Shown here piece after piece: positions 1-7,455 of a stretch of DNA of 10,511 bases (its first letter is position 1; each line of letters starts with the position of its first letter). The notes beneath the pieces are model-generated. The model saw only the letters and a program-made list of their open reading frames with translations. It had not been told where the DNA came from and ran no database searches. Where the stretch lies: positions 1,203-11,713 of the forward strand of contig PSLL01000025.1 of NCBI GenBank assembly GCA_040289575.1, given 5' to 3'. The DNA comes from Candidatus Dadabacteria bacterium. Lineage in GTDB: Bacteria > Desulfobacterota_D > UBA1144 > Nemesobacterales > CSP1-2. The position numbers were made by a program, and so were the translations under genes.

Positions 1-1
1 T

Positions 2-463
2 GGGATTTCGCTACCAGTGGTACAAGTCGGCGGAGGACTGATCGTAATCTCTACGGGATGGGCGATGCTGAAGCGGCGAGAGGAGGAAGAACGCAGCGAA
101 GTGCACAGAAATGTACAACCACAGGATGCACTCCACCAAGCTTTTTACCCATTAACGCTACCGCTGACAGTAGGTCCAGGATCAATTTCGGTGGCGATCA
201 CCCTGGGCGCGAATGCCTCGCACCACTATGGAACCGATCTCTTGGCCATTATGGCTGCGCTTATCGGATCAGCAGTGATTGCATTCAGCATTTTCCTATG
301 CTATGGGTTTGCGGACCGGCTGGCGCAAATCCTGGGAGCGACGGCAATGAGCGTGATCACGCGGCTGTCATCGTTTCTGCTGGTCTGCATCGGTGTGCAG
401 ATTGTATGGAATGGAGCTAGCGCGCTGTTGGCCTCGATTTCGGTGCCGATGCATGCACACTGA
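2..463 (+). CDS. marC: MarC-family inner-membrane protein, 5'-truncated by the window edge
   Basis: The frame is open from base 2 (GISLPVVQVGGGLI...), so GTG at 17 is probably internal. MarC motifs: GISLPxxxxxGG, AFYPLTLPLTVGPGSI, and C-terminal LGATAMSVITRLSSFLLVCIGVQ. Stop TGA 461-463. Confidence 0.9.
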   Translation, partial: GISLPVVQVGGGLIVISTGWAMLKRREEEERSEVHRNVQPQDALHQAFYPLTLPLTVGPGSISVAITLGANASHHYGTDLLAIMAALIGSAVIAFSIFLCYGFADRLAQILGATAMSVITRLSSFLLVCIGVQIVWNGASALLASISVPMHAH

Positions 464-527
464 GCAAATCAACCACTTATAAGACATTATTTTCAGTAGG
501 ATATGCAGGTATTAGCTTTTAAACAGC

Positions 528-790
528 CTAATCTCTTTGTGTTCCTTTTACTACAAGCTTATTTTCAACCCTCTTGGCACCCTTAACACTCTGTGCAATC
601 TCAATCGCCTTGGTAATTTGGCTCTCGTTGTCCACAAATCCGCTTAAATCGGACTACTACTTTGATGTCAAGCCCTTTAGTCCCTCGTCGGCTACAAGAT
701 CAACTTTTACCTTTGTAGTGATAGCGCTGTCGTCTATATATTGTCCTGTGCTCTCACTTGTGAGCTAACTGCATAGCTAATAAGCACAAC
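528..790 (-). pseudogene. Degraded BON-domain (OsmY-like) protein, probably once a lipoprotein
   Basis: Manual minus-strand translation from 755: ESTGQYIDDSAITTKVKVDLVADEGLKGLTSK**SDLSGFVDNESQITKAIEIAQSVKGAKRVENKLVVKGTQRD* (final TAG 530-528). This matches the BON pattern DDxxITTKVK...LSGFVD...A...V.G...V.N.L. In-frame TAG TAG at 659-654 and TAG at 767-765; no in-frame start. The 5' boundary is approximate. Confidence 0.85.
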
Positions 791-805
791 TTCTCTTTAT
801 CCGGA

Positions 806-2080
806 TTAACTACTCCTTACCGCCTTGGAGAAATAACTCACAAATTCTTCGGACGTCATGTTTGCAGTGCGGGCAAGTTTCTCCAGATGCTCTCTGTTTT
901 CTAGGTCTTCTTTCTTGAGTTTTATCATGTACTCTTCTGCAACCTCGTATGATTCTGTGTAAATATCTACGGGACGGATTCTTGTTCTTCCAGTTTTTGG
1001 GTCTAAGATGTCGTTGAAATATATGGGAACCATTTTCCCCGCCTGGACACTGATTAGCGCGCCTGAGCCGCCTGAGAGTAGGAACTTGACGGCTCCGTAG
1101 CCGAGATCGCGCGTGTATTTCGCATCAAACGGAATCGGAGGAGCGCATCTAAGCTCATACCCTATGTTTTTATCAACTATTGTGATTTTTATTCCCTTAT
1201 CCAAAAGGCGCTTTCTCGTTTCGTTCTTAACTATCTTTCCAAGGTCAATCTCGGAGAACCTTATATTTCCATGTTCATCTCTTTCTACATCCTTGAGGTC
1301 TTTAAGCTCCTTCTCATAAAGTTTATCTGCGAGTCCTTCTGTAAGGATTGCGACTCCATCTTCCCTACCCATACTGAGTCTCTTTATAATTGCCCCTTCA
1401 AGTATGCTGATGAGTTGAGTTAACCTAATCTTTCGCTCATTAAATTCCTCCGGAATGATTGTAAGCGTTGCCCCCGATGCCTTCCCAATCCCAAGAGCAA
1501 GATGTCCGGTTTTTCTTCCCATAGTTACAATGAAATACCATCTGCCTGTTGTTTTTGCGTCCTCCATAAGATACTGAACAATTCTCGTTCCGACGTGCCT
1601 TGCAGTCTCAAAACCAAATGTCGGGGTATAACCGGGAAGGGGCAGATCATTATCAATCGTTTTTGGAACGTGGGCTACTTTAATCTGTCCTCTTGCCTCT
1701 TCACTGACGCGGCTTGCCGAGAACATCGTATCGTCTCCGCCTATGGTCAAGAGGTATTTAACATTCAGCTCTTTTAGAACCCTTAGGACATTGTTCATTT
1801 TATCGGGGCTTGACGTTGGGTTTTCTCTAGATGTCCCTAAGATTGAACCTCCTGTAAGATGGATGCGTGATGTATCTCCAATTGTTAGGCTTCTTATATG
1901 GGTTTTATCGCCACGGCAGAGCCACTTAAATCCGTCAATGATGCCTATTACGATTTTCCCACGATTTATGGATTCAATAGTAGCCGCGCTGATGACACCA
2001 TTGATTCCCGGAGCAGGGCCACCCCCCACAAGAATAGCTAGAATCTCGGATGAGCCGCTTTTATCTTTTATATCTGTCAT
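806..2080 (-). CDS. pfp: Pyrophosphate-dependent 6-phosphofructokinase (diphosphate--fructose-6-phosphate 1-phosphotransferase), 424 aa
   Basis: PfkA-family motifs GGGPAPGIN, GGSILGTSR, TIGGDDT, VPKTIDND, TMGRKTGHLA and GYELRC. GGDD plus PKTIDND is the PPi-type signature. SD-like AGGA upstream. Confidence 0.92.
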   Translation of the reverse strand: MTDIKDKSGSSEILAILVGGGPAPGINGVISAATIESINRGKIVIGIIDGFKWLCRGDKTHIRSLTIGDTSRIHLTGGSILGTSRENPTSSPDKMNNVLRVLKELNVKYLLTIGGDDTMFSASRVSEEARGQIKVAHVPKTIDNDLPLPGYTPTFGFETARHVGTRIVQYLMEDAKTTGRWYFIVTMGRKTGHLALGIGKASGATLTIIPEEFNERKIRLTQLISILEGAIIKRLSMGREDGVAILTEGLADKLYEKELKDLKDVERDEHGNIRFSEIDLGKIVKNETRKRLLDKGIKITIVDKNIGYELRCAPPIPFDAKYTRDLGYGAVKFLLSGGSGALISVQAGKMVPIYFNDILDPKTGRTRIRPVDIYTESYEVAEEYMIKLKKEDLENREHLEKLARTANMTSEEFVSYFSKAVRSS

Positions 2081-2114
2081 GCTAAATTCCTACCGAATAG
2101 AGTTAAAAAACCAC

Positions 2115-2136
2115 GGAGCGTGTTGCAGCATGCTCT
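2115..2136. repeat. Imperfect palindrome upstream of pfp (possible REP-like remnant)
   Basis: GGAGCGTGT-TGCA-GCATGCTCT forms a 9-bp stem with three G:T pairs on the + strand. Confidence 0.4.
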
Positions 2137-2262
2137 AAAAACCATTCTAAAATAAAGTTTATCAAATCACCTATAAGATTGCTACTGCTAGGGAATGAAA
2201 ATCAAGAGGAGTTAAAAATTGTCAATTCTGATAAATCTTATATATACGAGGTTTCTATACAC

Positions 2263-3864
2263 TCATATTATCTTTGACACGGAATCCATTTGTAAGATCC
2301 CTCCGCTTATAAGCGATTGAATCGCAATTCCAAACCCAAGAATGGTTATAACAACGGATGAGAGCAGAGGAAGGGTCTGGATTATTCTTCCTTCTCCGCT
2401 AAATCTTTCCATAAACCGCTTGGCATATACCATTGCTAACCCGATTCCCATGAGAATAAGCGCAAGCCCTGTGCTGAATGCCACAATAAGTATGAGTCCA
2501 AATCCGATTCTGTGGAGAGATATGGCACTTATAAGTACAATGAGTGCCTCAGGGCATGGTACTATCCCGCCGCTTACACCCAGAGCGAGAAGGCTTCCAA
2601 ATGTTACCTTCTCAGGGATTTCATGATGATGGTGTCCGTGATTATGTTTATGGTCATGTAAATGGTCATGATGTGTATGAGAATGTGAGCCGTGATGGTG
2701 TGTATGAGCATGGGAATGAGGGTGGTGGGAATGCCCATGATCAGCAAATCCCTCTCTTCGGAGACTGACAAGACGTTTAAAGAACAGGGATATGCCGATT
2801 ATCACGATCATAAGTCCCGAGGCAAACCCAAGCCATGGATAGAGCTTTTCGGGGAGTATGTATCGGGAGGCATAGAGAGTTACAAGCCCAAGCGCAAATA
2901 CGCCGATTGTGTGTGTGAGGGTAACTATAGTGCCGAGCAGAAGCGCATGTCCTGCCGTTCCGCGCGAGCCTACAAGGTATGCAGCTACTATGGTTTTGCC
3001 ATGACCGGGAGAGAGCGCATGAAAGGCACCGAAACCGAATGCTATGGCAAGGGAGAAGAGAATTATCGGGAATGTGAGGTCTTTCTTTGTCAGAATCTCT
3101 GTGAAAGAGTTTCTGGGAGTTTTTACACGTGGAGATTTGGAGTATTTCTCTTGAGCCTTTGTAGAAGCAATCCCTTTTCCAACGCCTAGAGAGAATGAAA
3201 AACTCGCCTCTAGGTCTTGAGGCGGGCTTGATATGGCGTCCTGTGGATAGCTCGATAATTCATTGCTTATATCTTCGGAAGGAGCCGAGGAGTCTGCTAT
3301 ATAAGTCTCTCCCTTTTTCCCTAAAACGATTATCTCTTTCCACCCGGTTCTTCCTAAGTAGTTGCTGTCCTTGTAGAATACCTTGTTTATTCCCAGTAAA
3401 TCACCCTTTTCAATATTCGCCACATACTCAACGGTTATTTTAGTTGTAGGAAGCCCTCCCGCACCGGGCGGAAAGACCATATTCTTTGATTCTACCTTAA
3501 GCTCCAGAGGTTTATCGTTCAACTCTAGAGTGAGTCCTTTCTTTAATTCCAATACCTTTCTAGATAGATATATCCTCTGCTCATCGGGGGATATTTCTTT
3601 GTCTCCATTTGTGTCCATATCAGTCCTTTCCCCGAATGAGGGAATCTCTGCCATATCAATTATGTATCTCAGCCTGATTATGTTCTCTTCCACTTCAATC
3701 TTGGAGTAATGATTGATACTGAAATTCCCCATAGGATGGGCAAGGGCCTTAGTGGGTGATAATGTAGACAGGTATAGTAAAGAGATCAAAGTAAGTACAT
3801 TGCCTATATAAAACACAAAGTTTAATTTGCCTTTGGCTTTATGTTTCAAAGATGCGTTTGACAT
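2263..3864 (-). CDS. RcnA/NiCoT (HoxN/HupN/NixA-related) Ni/Co transporter fused to an N-terminal exported domain, with His-rich loop, 533 aa
   Basis: RcnA-type motifs GAFHALSPGHGKT, TLTHTIGV and GGIVPCPEAL; multiple TM helices; 23 His in 39 residues (2623-2739). Signal-peptide-like N-terminus ends ALA|HPMGNFSINHY. Exact start uncertain (weak SD). Confidence 0.88.
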   Translation of the reverse strand: MSNASLKHKAKGKLNFVFYIGNVLTLISLLYLSTLSPTKALAHPMGNFSINHYSKIEVEENIIRLRYIIDMAEIPSFGERTDMDTNGDKEISPDEQRIYLSRKVLELKKGLTLELNDKPLELKVESKNMVFPPGAGGLPTTKITVEYVANIEKGDLLGINKVFYKDSNYLGRTGWKEIIVLGKKGETYIADSSAPSEDISNELSSYPQDAISSPPQDLEASFSFSLGVGKGIASTKAQEKYSKSPRVKTPRNSFTEILTKKDLTFPIILFSLAIAFGFGAFHALSPGHGKTIVAAYLVGSRGTAGHALLLGTIVTLTHTIGVFALGLVTLYASRYILPEKLYPWLGFASGLMIVIIGISLFFKRLVSLRREGFADHGHSHHPHSHAHTHHHGSHSHTHHDHLHDHKHNHGHHHHEIPEKVTFGSLLALGVSGGIVPCPEALIVLISAISLHRIGFGLILIVAFSTGLALILMGIGLAMVYAKRFMERFSGEGRIIQTLPLLSSVVITILGFGIAIQSLISGGILQMDSVSKII

Positions 3865-3895
3865 ATTAGCTCTAAAATTAGCCTTACCAACGCCA

Positions 3896-5239
3896 CTATA
3901 AGCCGTTTTCTGCCCTCTTCACCGAGAATTTACTCTCTATTTCCTTCAAAGTGCTCTTAGCAACATCCGAGTAGATTACGTGGAAATAGGGATTTGTAGA
4001 GATCGCCCGGCTTAAGTATTCCCTAGCCTTATCCATATCTCCGAGTTTATAATAAATCATCCCCGCATGGAAAAAAAGAATCGCATCCTTTGTCCCTAGC
4101 TTAAGGGATTCCTTTGAGGCTTCTAAGGCTTCCTTAAATTTATTATTTTTATACAAGGCCCACGCAAGGGTGTCATAAGTATAGATGTCCCTTCTAACCT
4201 CCAACTCTCTCTTTGCTAAATCAAGAGCCTCGTCTAATTTCATATCATGGTCGGCATAAAAAAGGGCAAGGTCTCTATTGTATATGATCCTGTTAATCTT
4301 GCTCAGCAGTCCTATATACTCTACAAGATCATACTGCTTTTTCGCCTCTTGTATCTTCCCTGTCTTTTTATATACGTCTCCCAGTGAAGATACAAAGAGC
4401 GGTAGAGGAATAACGCCTATGGCTTTTTTATATAGCTCTATTGCCTCTCCATAATTCTTCTCCACTGCCTTTACCTTAGCCAATCCGGCAAGTGCATAAT
4501 AATAGTTGTCATAGGTTTTAAGCGATGCCCTATACTGCTCCTCAGCCTTCTTCATATCCCCGGTTTTAAAATATAATTCCCCAAGCATAAACTGAGCCCA
4601 AGCAACATTTTCAGCAGATTGGCCGTATCTTATGGAGTATATCCTGCCCTGGTGAATCGCATTCTCCATCGCTTCTATGGCCCCTCTTATATCGCCCCTT
4701 AGCTCTTTTATGTATGATATGCGGCTGTATGAATAGAAGCTGGGCCTAATGGTCAGCATCGCCTCGTATGCCCTTTCGGCTTTATCATATTCCCCCAGTT
4801 CAGCATAGGCATCACCAAGAATACCATATGCATAGCTCTGCTCGGGTTTCATCTGTATGGCTTTTTGTGCATAGGGTAGGGCGGCCCGAAATTCGTGCTT
4901 GGATGCGCTCACCTGTCCCAGATACACAACCGTCGGGTAGTCATCTGGATTTAGCTCAAGGGCCTTCTTAAGTACCTCTTCGGCCTTGTTGTAGTAGGCT
5001 ATATCTCCTGTCTCTCTTGCTTTTTGTATATAGGATTCACCGAGCCTCATATACCCGGAGTAGTTATTTGGGTCTCTTTTTATCTGTTCCTGATATGACC
5101 TAATTGTAATATCCGTTTTATTCACATGTAACTGCTCTGAATACTGGTTTTCATTTTGGGCTTTCTCTTTCTTTGAATCGGAGCAGGCGGAGATAAAAAT
5201 AAGATGAAAAGCAATGATTAGTAAGATTAACCTCTTCAA
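3896..5239 (-). CDS. Tetratricopeptide-repeat lipoprotein
   Basis: Many TPR-like repeats (e.g. AYGILGDAYAELGEYDKAERAYEAML, AQFMLGELYFKTGDMKKAEEQYRASL). Lipobox ISA|C. TTG at 5239 (MKRLILLIIAFHLIFISAC) lies 10 nt from SD AAGGGG, which fits better than the track's TTG at 5248 (1 nt). Confidence 0.85.
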   Translation of the reverse strand: MKRLILLIIAFHLIFISACSDSKKEKAQNENQYSEQLHVNKTDITIRSYQEQIKRDPNNYSGYMRLGESYIQKARETGDIAYYNKAEEVLKKALELNPDDYPTVVYLGQVSASKHEFRAALPYAQKAIQMKPEQSYAYGILGDAYAELGEYDKAERAYEAMLTIRPSFYSYSRISYIKELRGDIRGAIEAMENAIHQGRIYSIRYGQSAENVAWAQFMLGELYFKTGDMKKAEEQYRASLKTYDNYYYALAGLAKVKAVEKNYGEAIELYKKAIGVIPLPLFVSSLGDVYKKTGKIQEAKKQYDLVEYIGLLSKINRIIYNRDLALFYADHDMKLDEALDLAKRELEVRRDIYTYDTLAWALYKNNKFKEALEASKESLKLGTKDAILFFHAGMIYYKLGDMDKAREYLSRAISTNPYFHVIYSDVAKSTLKEIESKFSVKRAENGL

Positions 5240-5269
5240 TATGCCCAAACCCCTTCTTTATAAATAGTA

Positions 5270-5290
5270 GGGGCGGTGCAATACCGCCCC
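5270..5290 (-). terminator. GC-rich hairpin between DUF4331 and TPR genes (partial terminator/mRNA stabiliser; GTAG-type REP-like)
   Basis: Perfect 8-bp stem GGGGCGGT-GCAAT-ACCGCCCC, 19 nt after the DUF4331 stop. The minus-strand tail TACTATTTAT is only a weak U-tract. On + the element begins with GTAG (5267-5270). Confidence 0.6.
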
Positions 5291-5309
5291 GGATAAGTAT
5301 TTGATCTAA

Positions 5310-7097
5310 TCAGCCCTTGCTGGCTTTTCTTGCCAGCCTTCTTCCAAATACAAAGAGTGTGGGGGCAAGAAGAATGGCAGTTATGCTGGCTAGACTGCCC
5401 ATACCTATATCGGTTCCGGCTGAAGCAATGGCGCATCCGCCACTATTATTGCCACTGCTGAGGTTCTCAGGCTCATTAGCATCAATGTGTCGGCTATCGC
5501 GTCCGCTATGGGCAAATGCCTCGTATGGGAATACATCCTGATACCCCATAGCATTGAGATTACCGCCACCGGGATCGTTTTTAGTGTTTTCGCCTCTATC
5601 ATTATGGTTAACACCATCACCAAGGAGGGTATTAGGGGCTTGATTGAAAGGAGCTCCAGCTAAGACGCCAGCCACTGCTCGCAGGGATATATCCGTCACA
5701 TCATCAAACACACGCCGACCATTGGGGAAACCGGCATTGTCTCCGGCGAGAAAGCCGATTCGTTTTTGTTGTCCGGGCGGTGTCGCGGAAATGCCGGTGT
5801 TGAGGCGTAAAAGATCGGATACAGGTCCTAACCCAAGTCCATTTGTTACAGGACAGGCGGGGCAGATAGGCGGTGCGTATGTAACAAGCGGCGCTAAATC
5901 CAGGCGAGGCGGATTTGGGACATTGATTCCAAATGCTGCGTTGAGTGCATGTGCTAAGACAGGATCAAGAAAGAAATTCGCAAACTGTGCATCATCCTTA
6001 GGCTCACTCATACTGAATTTATCCTTGAACCCTGTGCCTATAATCAATTCGTTGATCAAAGGGTTGCCCATACGCTGAATCTGTACCAGTGTGGCATCCT
6101 TTGGAATTGGCTGACCGAATGTCCTTGTTGTTGGACGGAGTGTTGACCCATATGTGCCTATCACGGCTTGGGTGTCGGTAGCCGGGTGTAATTGGTGGTC
6201 GCTGGTGAGCATAGCTATAGGCACTTCAAGTGCAATCGAGTTTACATTGAACCCTGATACGTCATCCCTGGCTTTGCCAACATTCTTCGTATCATTTGCA
6301 TCCTGTTGAGGGCTTAGCACTGCTACGCGTAGGTTAAATGTGTCAAATGCCGCTCCAAGGTCAATATAGAATGGATCGTCAACGGTTCCAGCAAACACAC
6401 GAGCGCCATTAAAGCAACCGCCTAGGGTGTAAATACCTTGTTGAGCCAGTGCTGCATAGTTGGGCATAGTCCTTGGGCCAACGTTTGATGGAACAGCAAA
6501 GAGGGTATGTCCATTCACATCAGTTGATGTTGTACATAGAACATTCCCGCTTCCATCTGTCATAGTCACAGTATAGTGCTGACGTAAACTCAATCCTTCA
6601 GAACCAGGACCATCGAGTGCAGTGATAGCCGGCGGTATAATTGCGGCGCCTACGGTAGAATTTCCATTAATATCCGTAGGGGCATTTGAAGGAGCGTTAA
6701 TACCGTTGCCGGCTCCGGCAAAACCGGTGAAAAGATTGGGTATTCGAATTTCAGTCACAAACCTAAAGACGAATCTGATGTCTTCTACTCCGTCTAGGTT
6801 GTTGTCAACATTCATTCTGTATTCTATCTCAGGATCGAATGGAAAGTAGTTGGGGCCATTAGAAGGCTCAAGCAGTGGATCAGTATTGAGAATCATTGTT
6901 ACAGTATTTGGAGCGGCGGGATCGTAGCTGACAAAAGTAAACCAGTCAGTTATGTCGGCTGTACGATCTAAAGCCGTGATTGGTGCCTCACGATGGTTAG
7001 CTGCATATGCGATGTTCTGGTGTGGTATTCTGTCTACGCTAAAAAGAAGCGCCGACACAAATACCAAACTAAGCCTAAGGAGCTTAATGGTTCTCAT
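5310..7097 (-). CDS. Secreted DUF4331-family protein with C-terminal GGC-TM-basic sorting tail, 595 aa
   Basis: DUF4331 motifs HREAP..DxTD, GPNYFPFDP, NVGPRTMPNY, VFAGTVDDPFYIDLG, GFNVNSIALEVP, QIQRMGNPLINEL, DLLRLN and GFPNGRR..DDVTDI. Signal peptide ends in AYA. SD AAGGAGG at 7108-7114. Confidence 0.9.
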   Translation of the reverse strand: MRTIKLLRLSLVFVSALLFSVDRIPHQNIAYAANHREAPITALDRTADITDWFTFVSYDPAAPNTVTMILNTDPLLEPSNGPNYFPFDPEIEYRMNVDNNLDGVEDIRFVFRFVTEIRIPNLFTGFAGAGNGINAPSNAPTDINGNSTVGAAIIPPAITALDGPGSEGLSLRQHYTVTMTDGSGNVLCTTSTDVNGHTLFAVPSNVGPRTMPNYAALAQQGIYTLGGCFNGARVFAGTVDDPFYIDLGAAFDTFNLRVAVLSPQQDANDTKNVGKARDDVSGFNVNSIALEVPIAMLTSDHQLHPATDTQAVIGTYGSTLRPTTRTFGQPIPKDATLVQIQRMGNPLINELIIGTGFKDKFSMSEPKDDAQFANFFLDPVLAHALNAAFGINVPNPPRLDLAPLVTYAPPICPACPVTNGLGLGPVSDLLRLNTGISATPPGQQKRIGFLAGDNAGFPNGRRVFDDVTDISLRAVAGVLAGAPFNQAPNTLLGDGVNHNDRGENTKNDPGGGNLNAMGYQDVFPYEAFAHSGRDSRHIDANEPENLSSGNNSGGCAIASAGTDIGMGSLASITAILLAPTLFVFGRRLARKASKG

Positions 7098-7158
7098 CCT
7101 TTTTTAACCTCCTTTTTTACTTACATATATATATGTTTGTATTTCGGTTTTGGATTTA

Positions 7159-7446
7159 TTACGAGGGTTTTCGGAGTATATATAAGGTTATGACTAAAGC
7201 GGTGCCTGCTATTCCTAACATTCCCAATATCCTTAACTTGGGATGTTTGTCGAATTCCTTAATTTTGGGCTTAAAATTTGGGTCTTTCTCCGCGAGATAG
7301 AATTTCTCCCCCGAATATTTAGGGATATGTAGGTATACTGCACTACTTCCTTTATAGTTCCATTTCTCGGTCAATCCAGAGGTGTATATAACAAGGCATA
7401 TTGCCCCAGCAATTATCCAAATCGCTATCAGTTTTACTACCTTCAT
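7159..7446 (-). CDS. Hypothetical small membrane protein (95 aa, two hydrophobic helices)
   Basis: ATG start, hydrophobic N-terminal (LIAIWIIAGAICLVIY) and C-terminal (ILGMLGIAGTALVITLYIL) segments. Fills the gap between the promoter and DUF4331. Confidence 0.7.
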   Translation of the reverse strand: MKVVKLIAIWIIAGAICLVIYTSGLTEKWNYKGSSAVYLHIPKYSGEKFYLAEKDPNFKPKIKEFDKHPKLRILGMLGIAGTALVITLYILRKPS

Positions 7447-7455
7447 ACTTCGGCA

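Noticed and set aside
58..420. 120-aa alternative-frame ORF
   Set aside because: Lies entirely within marC on the same strand with no protein-like features.
574..768. 64-aa plus-strand ORF
   Set aside because: Antisense shadow of the BON pseudogene; TTG start and no recognisable motif.
2197..2225. TTGACA on the minus strand upstream of pfp
   Set aside because: No convincing -10 hexamer at 16-18 bp spacing.
2623..2739. ATG/GTG-rich low-complexity DNA as a tandem repeat
   Set aside because: Explained by His codons of the transporter loop on the minus strand.
7132..7157. Possible ECF-sigma promoter directly upstream of DUF4331 (minus AAATCC-N16-CATA)
   Set aside because: Only a loose match to ATCC...CGTA-type ECF promoters in AT-rich DNA, and no ECF gene in the window.
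1113..7193. Short ORFs overlapping pfp, transporter, TPR and DUF4331 (e.g. 1743-2138, 2692-3189, 5644-6078, 5236-5436, 5405-5623)
   Set aside because: Antisense or out-of-frame shadows of well-supported genes.
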